Assembly: GCA_963825525.1 (NCBI GenBank)
Contig: CAWGTN010000002.1
Span: 1,568,001-1,632,000, forward strand
DNA: 64,000 nt
Source: an uncultured Chloroflexia bacterium
Lineage (GTDB): Bacteria > Chloroflexota > Limnocylindria > QHBO01
Direction: 5' to 3'
A program made the translations under genes and the position numbers. This document shows, piece after piece, positions 17,198 to 26,937 of this stretch (positions are counted from its first letter, which is position 1; every line of letters starts with the position of its first letter). The notes under the pieces were generated by a model that was not told where the DNA came from, made no database searches, and saw only the letters and a list, made by a program, of their open reading frames with translations.

Positions 17198-19176
17198 TGG
17201 CCGCCGCGCGGCGCAAGACGCCCTATCGCATCCTCCTGCCGCTCGCAAATCCGCGCACGGCACGCGACCTCGTCCGCATCGGGGCGGGAGTGGCCAACGG
17301 CCGGCCCACCGAGATCACGGTGCTCGGGATCGTCGAGGTGCCGGAGGGAGTCTCCCTCAGCGAGGGCGCGACCCAGGCCCGGACCTCGCGGCGGCTGCTG
17401 CAGCGGGTGCTGGACGTCGGCGACGAGGAGGGCGTGGAGCTTCGGACCATGGTGCGCATCGGCCGCCATGCGGCTGATGGCGTGATCGAGGCGGTCGGGG
17501 AGGAGTCGAGCGATCTCGTCATCTTCGGCTGGGGCGGCCCACCGACCCACGCGCAGGTCGCACGGGCCGACGCCGAGGCGACGGAGCTGGCGCTTGCCGG
17601 ACGTCGGGCCGACCCTCGGCCGGTCTTCTCACCGACAATCGATGCCGTGGTGCGCGAGTCGCCGTGTGACATCGCGGTCGTCAAACAGCGCGGCCTGGAC
17701 AAGGTCGAGTCGATCCTGGTGCCGGTCCGCGGCGGTCCCCACGCCGAGCTGGCCATGCGCATCAGCCGTGACCTTGCGAAGCGCTTCAGCGCCAAGGTGG
17801 TGGTGTTGCACGTCGTGCCGAAGGGCATCGGCGATCGGGCAATCGAGCGTGAGCAGATCGCCGTCGATGCCTTCGTCAGGGAGCACGCCGGCACCCGTCG
17901 CGCCAGCGGCCTGATTCGCGAGGCTGCCTCGGTGCGCCAGGCCATCATCAAGGAAGCCGCGAACCATCAGCTGGTGGTGATGGGCGCATCGGCGCACCCG
18001 TCCAACGCCAGCCCGGATGGCCGATACCTGTTCGGGACGCTCGCCGAATCGGTCGCCAGCAAGGCGAAGCCGACGGTCATCGTGGTGAAGACGAAGCAGT
18101 CCGTCGGCCTGGCCACGTTCGAGGAGCTGCGCGCCAGCGAGGGAACGCTCGCTCACGCCGACGCATTCGTCGAGCGCAGCCGATCCCTTCCGACCGTGGT
18201 CGACAAGTGGTTCGCGGAGAACTCCTTCCACGCGCATGAATTCGCCGATATCCGCAAGCTCCTCGCACTGAAGGAGCGCCTTGACCTCACGATCAGCGTT
18301 GGTTTGCCCACCCTGAACGAGGAGAAGACGGTCGGGACCGTCATCAAGCGCGTCAAGGCGGCGCTGATGGAACGCGTTCCGCTGATCGACCAGCTGGTGG
18401 TGATCGACTCCGCCAGCGACGATCGCACCGTCGAGATCGCCACCGAGCTGGGCGTCCCCGTGCACCAGCATTCGAAGATCCTGCCCGAGACCGGGACGCA
18501 CCACGGCAAGGGAGAGGCGCTCTGGAAGAGCCTCCACGTCCTCGATGGCGACATCGTCGCGTGGATCGACACCGACATCAGCAACATCCAGCCGCGCTTC
18601 GTCTATGGACTGCTGGGGCCGTTGCTGGCCGAGCCGAAGATCCAGTACGTCAAGGGGTTCTACCAGCGGCCGATCAAACAGGGCGACAAGCTCCAGGCCG
18701 AGGGCGGCGGTCGTGTCACCGAGCTCATGGCCCGCCCGCTCATCAACCTGTTCTTCCCCGAGCTGTCCGGCATGATCCAGCCGCTCTCCGGCGAGTACGC
18801 CGGCCGACGCGAGCTGCTCGAGCAGCTTCCGTTCTTCACCGGCTATGCGGTCGAGATCGGGCTCCTCATCGACATCCTCGACCATGCCGGCCTGGCGGCC
18901 GTGGGGCAGGTGGATCTCGAGCGGCGCATCCACCGCAACCAGCCGCTGCCCAACCTGTCGCAGATGGCCTACGTCATCCTGCAGGGCGCGATCCGCAAGC
19001 TCGAGGAGCGACACCGGATCGAGCTGCTGACCGAGGTCGGGCGCGGAATGAAGCTGATCAACACCGGCAAGGACCAGTTCAACCTCGAGGTCCGCGAGAT
19101 CGGTGACGAGGTCCGACCGCCGATCATCTCCGTCCCCGCCTACGTGGAGCGTCGCAAGGAGCTGAAGGCGAAGTGA
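17197..19176 (+). CDS. gpgS: Tandem universal stress protein domains fused to glucosyl-3-phosphoglycerate synthase
   Basis: USP1 RILLPLAN...SDLVIFGW...ESPCDIAVVK; USP2 SILVPVRGGPHA...LVVMGAS...FGTLAESV; GpgS PTLNEE, GKGEALWKS, DTD, VKGFYQRP, GGRVTEL, QPLSGEYAG, GYAVEIG, HRNQ. Confidence 0.9.
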   Translation: MAAARRKTPYRILLPLANPRTARDLVRIGAGVANGRPTEITVLGIVEVPEGVSLSEGATQARTSRRLLQRVLDVGDEEGVELRTMVRIGRHAADGVIEAVGEESSDLVIFGWGGPPTHAQVARADAEATELALAGRRADPRPVFSPTIDAVVRESPCDIAVVKQRGLDKVESILVPVRGGPHAELAMRISRDLAKRFSAKVVVLHVVPKGIGDRAIEREQIAVDAFVREHAGTRRASGLIREAASVRQAIIKEAANHQLVVMGASAHPSNASPDGRYLFGTLAESVASKAKPTVIVVKTKQSVGLATFEELRASEGTLAHADAFVERSRSLPTVVDKWFAENSFHAHEFADIRKLLALKERLDLTISVGLPTLNEEKTVGTVIKRVKAALMERVPLIDQLVVIDSASDDRTVEIATELGVPVHQHSKILPETGTHHGKGEALWKSLHVLDGDIVAWIDTDISNIQPRFVYGLLGPLLAEPKIQYVKGFYQRPIKQGDKLQAEGGGRVTELMARPLINLFFPELSGMIQPLSGEYAGRRELLEQLPFFTGYAVEIGLLIDILDHAGLAAVGQVDLERRIHRNQPLPNLSQMAYVILQGAIRKLEERHRIELLTEVGRGMKLINTGKDQFNLEVREIGDEVRPPIISVPAYVERRKELKAK

Positions 19177-20345
19177 GCCTCACCGTCCTCATCGCTCCGG
19201 ATTCGTTTGGGGGCGCCCTCGACTCGGTCGCCGTCACATCGGCGATCGCCGATGGCTGGGCACGAGTGCGCCCCGGCGACGAGATCCTTCGGCGGCCAAT
19301 GGCCGATGGTGGCGAGGGAACCCTGGCGGCCATAGCCGAAGCGCTGGGTGACGGCGCCGAGCGTCGGCAGGTCGAGACCACGGACCCGCTCGGCAGGCCC
19401 ATCACCGCGGACTGGCTGCTCCTCGATGATGGTCGGGGCGCCTTCGTCGAGATGGCGGCGGCCTCGGGCCTCGCGCGGCTGGCCCCGGAGGAGCGAACAC
19501 CGGCCAACGCCCTGCTGGCGTCGAGCCGTGGAACCGGCGACGTCCTGCGTGCGGCGCTCGACGCGGGGGCGCGCCAGATCACCATCGGCCTCGGCGGCTC
19601 TGCCACGACGGACGGTGGAAGTGGCCTGCTGCGCGCACTCGGTGCACGTGTACTCGACCGCAGGGGCAACGAGCTGCCCGAGGGCGGCGGCGCATTGGCG
19701 GGCCTGGACCGTGTGGAGATCGATGGCCTCGACCCGCGCCTCGCGGAGGCAACCCTGGTCGTGGCCAGCGACGTGACGAATCCCCTGTGCGGCCCGCGCG
19801 GCGCCGCGGCGACCTATGGCCCGCAGAAGGGCGCCGATGCGGATGCCGTCGCCGAGCTCGACGCGGCCCTCGCGGAATGGGGCCGTGGCATCGAGTCCGT
19901 GACCGGGAAGCTGGTGGCGGACCTGCCGGGCGCTGGTGCGGCGGGGGGAGCGACCGCCGGCCTCATCGGCTTCGCGCACGCCCGCGTTCGCCGCGGCGTG
20001 GAGGTCGTGGCGGAGCTCGTCGGGCTGGCGGAGGCCCTCGAGGCGGCCGATCTCGTGATCACCGGTGAGGGCAGGGCTGACGAGCAGACGCTCCAGGGCA
20101 AGACCGCCATGGGCGTGGCGACGCTTGCCCGTCCTCGCTCCACGCCCGTCGTCCTGCTGTGCGGCGGTCTCGGTCCGAACGCGGAGGTGCTTGACGCAGC
20201 GACCACCCTGGCGGTCGTGCAACCGGTCATCGACCGGCCGATGGACCTGGCGGAGGCGATGGCCGACACCGAGCGTCTCCTCCGGGCGGGTGCCGCTCGG
20301 CTGGCTCGGTCGGTGGGCATCGGCCTCGACCTGGCCGGTCGGTAG
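19173..20345 (+). CDS. Glycerate kinase (GlxK/GarK family)
   Basis: IAPDSF, PMADGGEGT, EMAAASGL, GLGGSATTDGG, DVTNPLCG, YGPQKGA, TGEGRAD. Confidence 0.93.
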   Translation: MSLTVLIAPDSFGGALDSVAVTSAIADGWARVRPGDEILRRPMADGGEGTLAAIAEALGDGAERRQVETTDPLGRPITADWLLLDDGRGAFVEMAAASGLARLAPEERTPANALLASSRGTGDVLRAALDAGARQITIGLGGSATTDGGSGLLRALGARVLDRRGNELPEGGGALAGLDRVEIDGLDPRLAEATLVVASDVTNPLCGPRGAAATYGPQKGADADAVAELDAALAEWGRGIESVTGKLVADLPGAGAAGGATAGLIGFAHARVRRGVEVVAELVGLAEALEAADLVITGEGRADEQTLQGKTAMGVATLARPRSTPVVLLCGGLGPNAEVLDAATTLAVVQPVIDRPMDLAEAMADTERLLRAGAARLARSVGIGLDLAGR

Positions 20346-20360
20346 GCGGCGGCTCCGCTC

Positions 20361-21182
20361 ATGCCCCGCGGCCCCAGCCCGCAGAAGCGCGCCGCCGATC
20401 GGCGCAAGCGCAGGAAGATCGCCGACGTCGTGCTCGAGCGGCTGGGCGAGCGCTACGAGCAGCCGACCTGGACGGGCCCGCGCGTCGACACCGTCAGCGA
20501 GCTCATCCTCACGATCCTGTCCCAGAACACCGCCGACACGAACTCGTTCCGGGCGTTCACCGCCCTTCGTGATCGCTACGCGTCATGGGACGAGGTCCTT
20601 GCCGCCCCAACCGACGAGCTGGAGGACGTCATCCGGCCCGGCGGGCTGGCACCGACGAAGTCACGACGCATCCAGCACGTCCTGGCCGAGGTGCACGAGG
20701 AGACCGGCGGGACCTGGGACCTTGGATTTCTGGGCGAGTGGCCGCTGCTCGAGGCACGCGACTGGCTGACCTCGCTGCCGGGGATCGGGCGCAAGACGGC
20801 CGCAATCATCCTGCTGTTCAACTTCGGGCGCCCGCAGCTGCCGGTCGACACCCACGTCCACCGCGTGGCGACGCGGCTCGGGATGCTGCCACCGCGCACG
20901 CCGCTCGTCCGCGCGCATGACCTGCTGGAGGAGGTGCTCGAACCAGAGGAGATGTATCCCTTCCACGTCGAGCTCATCCGCCACGGCCGCGACACCTGCC
21001 GCGCCCCTCGGCCGATCTGTGGGCTGTGTCCCCTGACCGATATCTGCCCGTACTACGCCGATGCGATCCGCGGTCGGGTCCCGATGGCGCCTGTCCCGAA
21101 GGACCGCATCGATCCGGATGCGCCGCCTCGATTCCACGACGAGCTCATTCACGGTTGGATGCCACCCGAACGGCCCAGGTGA
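20361..21182 (+). CDS. Endonuclease III family HhH-GPD DNA glycosylase with 4Fe-4S cluster
   Basis: ILSQNT, LPGIGRKTA, PVDTHV, CRAPRPICGLCPLTDIC. Confidence 0.92.
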   Translation: MPRGPSPQKRAADRRKRRKIADVVLERLGERYEQPTWTGPRVDTVSELILTILSQNTADTNSFRAFTALRDRYASWDEVLAAPTDELEDVIRPGGLAPTKSRRIQHVLAEVHEETGGTWDLGFLGEWPLLEARDWLTSLPGIGRKTAAIILLFNFGRPQLPVDTHVHRVATRLGMLPPRTPLVRAHDLLEEVLEPEEMYPFHVELIRHGRDTCRAPRPICGLCPLTDICPYYADAIRGRVPMAPVPKDRIDPDAPPRFHDELIHGWMPPERPR

Positions 21183-21192
21183 GGCCGCCGAT

Positions 21193-21218
21193 GGAACCGG
21201 GGGGCGCGCGGCGGGGTA
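21193..21218 (+). promoter_or_regulatory. Putative ECF sigma autoregulatory promoter
   Basis: GGAACC-N14-GGGGTA 9 nt before the sigma start; the same motif recurs at 22557-22582. Confidence 0.65.
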
Positions 21219-21227
21219 CGTGACCCA

Positions 21228-21818
21228 GTGACGAGCCGACCGCCCACGCCTCCGTCCGACTCGGAGCTGGTGATCCGTGCCCGGGAAGGTGATGAAGTGG
21301 CGTTCGGGGAGCTCGTCCGTCGCCACTCGACCGTCGCGTTCAGAGCGGCCTACCTGGTCCTGCGCGATAAGGACCAGGCCGCTGACGCCGCGCAGGAGGC
21401 CTTCATCAACGTGCACCGGGCGCTCCACCGTTTCCGCCCCGATGAGCCATTCGTGCCGTGGTTGCTGACGATCGTCGGCAACCGCGCCCGCAACCATCGG
21501 CGCGCGCAGTGGCGCCGGGCCGCCGTCTGGCGCCGTGCCGCGGCAGCCGTCGATGCCTCGGACCGGACCGCTCGGAGCGTTCCATCGCCGGAGGCCGACG
21601 TTGTTGCGGCTGAGCGGCGCTCGGTGGTGCTCGCCGCGGTCAACGATCTGCCGCCCGGGGACCGCATCGTCCTGTCGTGCCGATACTTCTCGCAGCTCGG
21701 GGAAGCGGAAACCGCGGCCCTGCTCGGGGTTCCCCCCGGGACCGTGAAGTCGCGCCTGTCCCGGGCGCGGGAGCGTCTGCGCTCCGCACTTGAGGCGAGG
21801 GGCGTGACCGATGCCTGA
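21228..21818 (+). CDS. ECF RNA polymerase sigma factor
   Basis: DSELVIRAREGD..AFGELVRRH, AADAAQEAF, WLLTIVGN, GTVKSRLSRAR. Confidence 0.93.
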   Translation: MTSRPPTPPSDSELVIRAREGDEVAFGELVRRHSTVAFRAAYLVLRDKDQAADAAQEAFINVHRALHRFRPDEPFVPWLLTIVGNRARNHRRAQWRRAAVWRRAAAAVDASDRTARSVPSPEADVVAAERRSVVLAAVNDLPPGDRIVLSCRYFSQLGEAETAALLGVPPGTVKSRLSRARERLRSALEARGVTDA

Positions 21819-22554
21819 GCGCCGGACCCTCGATGACGCGACGCTCGATCGGCTGCTGTTCGACGCGGCCGAGGCCGTCGCCTGGCCCTCGACTCCGGTG
21901 CTGGATGTCCGGCCCACTTCGCGTCGTCCCCGTGCGATGTGGAGGGCCGTGGCCGCGGCGCTCGTGACGCTGCTGGTTGCCGCCGGCGCGGTTGCCGCCG
22001 CCGGTGCCCTCGGGATCGGTCCGCTGCGGATCTTCTTCGACGACAGCCTCCCGCCGGTCAACGTCCCGGACACGCCCCTCGGAACGCGGCTCGCCCTCGG
22101 CGTGCCGTCCTCGATCGGAGACCCGTCGACGAGGGTCGCCGTGCTCGTCCCGGAGCAGCTCGGGCCCCCCGACGAGGTCTACCGCACCGATGACGGATGG
22201 CGCGCGTCACTGGTCTGGGCGCCGCGCGAGGGACTGCCCGCCTCGGGCTCATCTCGGATCGGACTGCTCGCGATGTTCGTTGCCGGCAATCTCGACCCGG
22301 GCCTCGTCGACAAGATCGTGATCGAGAGCCGCGTGACGATCGAGAACGTGACGGTCCGCGGGCAACCCGGTTTTTGGATCTCCGGCGAGCCGCATGTCCT
22401 CAAGTACCTGGCCGGCGGAACGACCGGCGCCGAGCGGACTCGCCTGGTGGGGAACGCGCTGGTGTGGGAGGAGGACGGCATGGTCATCCGTCTCGAAACC
22501 GGTCTCGGTCGCGACGAGACGGTTGGCCTGGCCGAAACGATGGGTCCTCCCTGA
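21811..22554 (+). CDS. Putative single-TM anti-sigma factor
   Basis: Overlaps the sigma gene; short N-terminus, one TM segment (AVAAALVTLLVAAGAV), extracytoplasmic domain with VTVRGQPGFW and LVWEEDG. Confidence 0.72.
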   Translation: MPERRTLDDATLDRLLFDAAEAVAWPSTPVLDVRPTSRRPRAMWRAVAAALVTLLVAAGAVAAAGALGIGPLRIFFDDSLPPVNVPDTPLGTRLALGVPSSIGDPSTRVAVLVPEQLGPPDEVYRTDDGWRASLVWAPREGLPASGSSRIGLLAMFVAGNLDPGLVDKIVIESRVTIENVTVRGQPGFWISGEPHVLKYLAGGTTGAERTRLVGNALVWEEDGMVIRLETGLGRDETVGLAETMGPP

Positions 22555-22556
22555 TG

Positions 22557-22582
22557 GGAACCCATGCGGTCCCAGCGGGGTA
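22557..22582 (+). promoter_or_regulatory. Putative ECF target promoter
   Basis: GGAACC-N14-GGGGTA upstream of AAGGAG and ATG 22618. Confidence 0.65.
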
Positions 22583-22617
22583 GTCGCTACATCCGCACGT
22601 TCCAAGGAGTCCTGACC

Positions 22618-23140
22618 ATGCGCTCGATTGCTCCGCTCCCGCTCGCTCTCATCGCGCTCCTCCTCGCCGTCCCGGTCGCACTGGCCGGCAACTGGGCCGC
22701 GGTGTCGGTCGACTCATCGTCCACCGACGGGTGGGAGGTCGGGGCCCCGCACGGGCTCATCATGGGCCTGCTCCAGCACGGCGAGACGCCGGTCAATCAC
22801 GGGACGGTCGAGGTGACGCTCACGAACGAGCCACCGGGGAATCGATCACCGGCGCCGCCCGGCGCGTCGGTAACGGGCTCTGGAGCGCGACGATCGAGCT
22901 CCCGTCCCATGGCGACTGGGCGCTGGACGTCAGCCACTCGACGCTGGCAACCGAGCTCGACCGGCCGGTGACCATCGGCGTCGCGCCCGCACGTTCGACC
23001 GGCCGCGCACCCTCGCCGGCGCTGCTGACGCCGACGCCCCTCATCCGGTCGCCGCCGCCGCGCTGGTGGCGCTGGCCGGCACGGCCGGTCTCGTCCTGGC
23101 GAGGAGCCGTCCACGAGCCCGGCGGGTCCGCGTGCGCTGA
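22618..23140 (+). pseudogene. Secreted, C-terminally anchored Ig-like (FixH/YtkA-like) protein with two frameshifts (likely sequencing errors)
   Basis: Signal peptide MRSIAPLPLALIALLLAVPVALA; continues in the -1 frame near 22828 (ATGESITGAARRVGNGLWSATIELPSHGDW); shifts again near 23000-23045 to a TM plus basic tail VAAAALVALAGTAGLVLARSRPRARRVRVR*. Confidence 0.6.
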
Positions 23141-23207
23141 TCTGCGCCACGATACGGGTGGATGCCACCCGAGGGGTGATCGGCTAGAATCGGCCATCGT
23201 GCAGCGC

Positions 23208-23282
23208 GCCGAAGTAGCTCAGGGGTAGAGCATCGGTTTCGTAAACCGACGGTCGTGGGTTCGAATCCCACCTTCGGCTCCA
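23208..23282 (+). tRNA. tRNA-Thr(CGT)
   Basis: GCCGAAG/CTTCGGC acceptor stem, TCGGT-TTCGTAA-ACCGA anticodon arm, GGTTCGAATCC T-loop, encoded CCA; TAGAAT -10 at 23185. Confidence 0.97.
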
Positions 23283-23303
23283 TCACTCGTGATGGGAGGA
23301 CAG

Positions 23304-24005
23304 GTGCCCGATCAGCATGATCAGCGCGACCGCCCCCTCGATTCCGGGCTTCCGAGACATGCACATGATGCTGAACGCGACGAGACCGGTGGGGGTCGCG
23401 ACTGGCAGGAACACACCCTGGATTTCTCCTTCGGCTCGACGAAGCCGATCCCGGCTGAGCAACTGCCCCCGGACCTCGTGGCGCGACTTCGCTCGGGCCA
23501 GCCACCGTCAGCGAAGGACATGGCACTGCTGCGCTCGGCGGCGGGTGGTGAGGCGGCCATGGCAAGCATGCTGATGGGGGCCATGGCGGCCGCCGGGGTT
23601 GTTCGACGCGAGGACATAGAACCGGGCGAGATGCACCCTGACGATGTTCCGATCCCGGCTGAGATGGCCGGCGACCCCGACGTCATGGTCGTGCCGATGG
23701 GCGGCCAGAAGTTCACGTGGAAATGGAATGGGGAGTCAGGGTCCCCCCGAGAGGCCGGGGCCCAGCCCGCGACCTACTACGAGGCCATGACCGGACGGCC
23801 CGACCCGATGCGCGGGTTCATCGTCACTGTGCGGCGCACGCTGGACATCATCACCTGGGTCATCGCGATCGGGCTCCCGGTGGGGCTCGTCGTCGCGGCC
23901 ATCGCTACGGGCCAGTCATCCGAGACGATCTTCTTCGCCGGGTTCTTCGGAGTCCTCGTGGGGCTGATGCTCAAGAAGTCCGCTCCCAGGACGCCGTTCG
24001 GCTGA
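23304..24005 (+). CDS. Hypothetical protein with two C-terminal TM helices
   Basis: GGAGGA SD before GTG 23304; hydrophobic C-terminus. Confidence 0.65.
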   Translation: MPDQHDQRDRPLDSGLPRHAHDAERDETGGGRDWQEHTLDFSFGSTKPIPAEQLPPDLVARLRSGQPPSAKDMALLRSAAGGEAAMASMLMGAMAAAGVVRREDIEPGEMHPDDVPIPAEMAGDPDVMVVPMGGQKFTWKWNGESGSPREAGAQPATYYEAMTGRPDPMRGFIVTVRRTLDIITWVIAIGLPVGLVVAAIATGQSSETIFFAGFFGVLVGLMLKKSAPRTPFG

Positions 24006-24008
24006 GGC

Positions 24009-25050
24009 CTATCCCAAGAGGTCGGGCGTGACCTCCGCCAGGGTCGGGCAGCCGGCCAGCGCCATGGCCAGGCGAAGCTCGTCTCGAAGGATCTCGAGCA
24101 CGCGCTGGACACCGTTCGCGCCATCGGCGGCCAGCCCCCAGATCGCCGGTCGACCGACGGCCACCAGATCCGCGCCCAGCGCCAGGCCCTTGAGCACGTC
24201 GATTCCTCGTCGCACGCCGCCGTCGACCACCAGCAGTGCCCGATCCCCGACGGCAGCGGCGATCTCCGGCAAGCGCATCGGCGCCGGCAATGGCCGTGTC
24301 GAGCTGGCGGCCCCCGTGGTTGCTGACCCAGATGCCATCGCAGCCGGCGTCCACCGCCCGAACCGCGTCATCGGCTCGCAGCACGCCCTTGGCCAGCAGG
24401 GGGATCGGGCAGACCGAACGGAGCCAGTCGAGGTCGTCCCAGGTCATCGTCGGCATGATCACCAGGCCGCTGACCGGATCGAACTCCTGGTCCGGCGGCA
24501 GGTGCGCCCCGAGGCTCACCGAGAACCCGCTGCGCTTGTCCCGTTCCCGATTGCCGGGAAGCGGCAGGTCCACGGTGACCGCGATCGCACCGTAGCCGGC
24601 GGCGACCGCCCGTTCGACCAGCGCACGCGCCGCGTCCCGTTCGGCCGGCGGATAGAGCTGGAACCAGCGTGGCGCGCCGGGAGCACCTGCCGCCACGTCC
24701 TCCATCGTCCGGGACGCGATGGTCGAGAGCGTCATGAGCGCGCCGGCCGCCGCCGCACCGCGGGCAGTGGCGACCTCGGCCTCGGGATGGGCGAGGTCGT
24801 GGGATGCGGTCGGGGACACGATGATCGGGTGGGGCAGGGCCGTGCCGAAGGCCGTCGTCGAGAGATCAAGGTTCTCGACATTCACGAGGACCCTCGGTCT
24901 CAACCGCAAACGGTCCCACGCCGCGCGGCTGTCGGCGATCGAGCGCTCGTCGCCCGCGCCGCCGGCGTAGTAGCCCCATGCCCCGGGCTCGACCGCGGCC
25001 TCCGCCAGCGGCTCGAACTCGGCGACGGTGATCGGCAGCTGTTTCGTCAT
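24009..25050 (-). CDS. FMN-dependent alpha-hydroxy acid oxidase/dehydrogenase, split by a frameshift near 24271
   Basis: [45 protein letters not shown]. The C-terminal part ([21 protein letters not shown]) is in another frame; removing one base restores [10 protein letters not shown]. Confidence 0.88.
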
Positions 25051-25093
25051 GACGGCCCGATGATGCCACTCGTCAGTCGGCACAATGGCGGGC

Positions 25094-26026
25094 ATGCAGC
25101 GAACCGCCACCATCGTCATCGGCTTCGTGGTCCTGGTCGTCCTCGGTGTCATCGCCTTCGTCATGTTCGCTGGCGGCCGCGACGCGACGCCTTCCCCTTC
25201 GCCATCGGCGTCGGCCTCATCGGTACCGAGCGCCTCGGCCGAGCCGTCGTTCAATGCCGAACTGCTCGACCGCCGCTGGACCGTCCTCTACGTCGGGACC
25301 GATCTCAACGAGCGCCGCGAGGGAGAGGGCGGCGAGCCGAACACCGACGCATTGATGCTCGTCAGCCTGTCCGCCGATGGGTCGCGGCTGACGCTCGTCT
25401 CGCTGCCGCGCGACACGGTGGATGTTCCGCTCGCCGATGGCGGGACGTGGGACGGAAAGGTGAACAGCATCTACCTTCGCGACGGGATGGAGACGCTGGT
25501 GGGAGCCATGGAGGCGACCTTCGGCGTACCGATCGATGGCCACGTCCTGCTGGACATGGACGACTTCTCTCGGCTGGTGGACGCGGTCGGGTCGATCGAG
25601 GTCTCGCCGCCCGGCCCGGTCGTCGATCCGATCGTCAACCTGGATCTGGCGGCCGGCGACCAGGAGCTGGATGGTCCGCAGACCCTCGGATACGTCCGCA
25701 CGCGGGTCGACCAGGACTACGGCCGGATGGGGCGCCAGCAGGAGGTGCTCGTGTCGCTGGTCTCGAAGTTCCTGGACCCGGCCACCGACGTCGACCTGCG
25801 CGCCGTCCTGGATTCACTCGACTCGCTCGAGACGGATCTGCCGCTCGATGACCTGCCGACGCTCCTCGAGCTCGCTCGTCGAGCCTCGACCGCCGAGGTG
25901 GAGACGCTCGTCATCCAACCTCCGCTCATCACCTTCGCCGGAGATCGAAATGACGGGCGCGGGTACGTGCTCGAAGCCGATTTCGATGCCATCCGCGACG
26001 AGGTGGGGAACCTCATCGGCGACTGA
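25094..26026 (+). CDS. LytR-CpsA-Psr (LCP) family protein
   Basis: N-terminal TM, NTDALML, SLPRD, KVN, YVRTR, DYGRMGRQQ. Confidence 0.92.
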   Translation: MQRTATIVIGFVVLVVLGVIAFVMFAGGRDATPSPSPSASASSVPSASAEPSFNAELLDRRWTVLYVGTDLNERREGEGGEPNTDALMLVSLSADGSRLTLVSLPRDTVDVPLADGGTWDGKVNSIYLRDGMETLVGAMEATFGVPIDGHVLLDMDDFSRLVDAVGSIEVSPPGPVVDPIVNLDLAAGDQELDGPQTLGYVRTRVDQDYGRMGRQQEVLVSLVSKFLDPATDVDLRAVLDSLDSLETDLPLDDLPTLLELARRASTAEVETLVIQPPLITFAGDRNDGRGYVLEADFDAIRDEVGNLIGD

Positions 26027-26029
26027 GGG

Positions 26030-26896
26030 TCAGGCGCAGCCGATGGCGTCGGCCGCGCGCGGCCAGCGTTCGACCCGATCCGTCGTGACCACGTAGGCCG
26101 CACGATTGGCCGGGGTGAACCACAGCTCGTCGCCGGCAGCGGTTCGATATCCGGTATACGTCGCGTCCTCCGGCAGGTCGACGTCATTGGCGTATGTGTC
26201 AAGGAGTCCCCGGTCCGCGACGACCCCGGATGGATCGCGGACGTACTGCGCGTCGAGGGTGCCGTCCGCGCGTTCGATGTGGAGGAATCGAGCGGTCTGG
26301 TGCTGGCAATGCGCCCAGCCGACGATGTCGGTGAGGATTTCGCCACTGGCCTCGTGGGTCCAGACGGTCGTCGTCGGCCCGAGATCGACCCCTCCGCCCC
26401 ACTCCGCGAGCCGGCAGGCCCGCACCTCCTCGATCAGGAAGCCGGTGGCGCGTCCCGGGAGGTCCTGCGGCGAGAACACGAGCACGACCTTGACGCGGTT
26501 CTCGTTCTCGTAGACGTAAAAATGCCGATCGCCGATGGCACCGAGCTCTCGATAGCCAGCCTTGGGAGCCGTGAGCGGGAACTCGCTGGACAGCCACGAC
26601 CGGAGGGCCACGTCAGGATCGTCGGCGGGCATTCCACCGAAGGCGCCGTCCTCCGAGCGACCACCCATCGTCGAGGGCTGGCCATCGCAGTCCAGCATCC
26701 CCAATGCGCCTTCGGCAAGCGGCTGGGACTCGGCCGGGGTCGGCGCATCGCTCGCCGACGGAGAGGGGACACATGCGGCCAACAGCACTGCGGCCACCAC
26801 CGCCAGCGTCGCAAGGGTCGCGAGGCCGGTGAGGCGATGCACGGAACCCTGACGTCGGGTGGCGGCACGGTGTTGCGGCCGTTGCACGGTCATCAC
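26030..26896 (-). CDS. Hypothetical lipoprotein
   Basis: Hydrophobic segment ending in lipobox LLAAC; Cys-containing extracellular domain. Start uncertain. Confidence 0.65.
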   Translation of the reverse strand: MMTVQRPQHRAATRRQGSVHRLTGLATLATLAVVAAVLLAACVPSPSASDAPTPAESQPLAEGALGMLDCDGQPSTMGGRSEDGAFGGMPADDPDVALRSWLSSEFPLTAPKAGYRELGAIGDRHFYVYENENRVKVVLVFSPQDLPGRATGFLIEEVRACRLAEWGGGVDLGPTTTVWTHEASGEILTDIVGWAHCQHQTARFLHIERADGTLDAQYVRDPSGVVADRGLLDTYANDVDLPEDATYTGYRTAAGDELWFTPANRAAYVVTTDRVERWPRAADAIGCA

Positions 26897-26937
26897 CGCT
26901 CCACGGGGGGACAGCAGTCGCTCGGGAGTCGCTGCTT

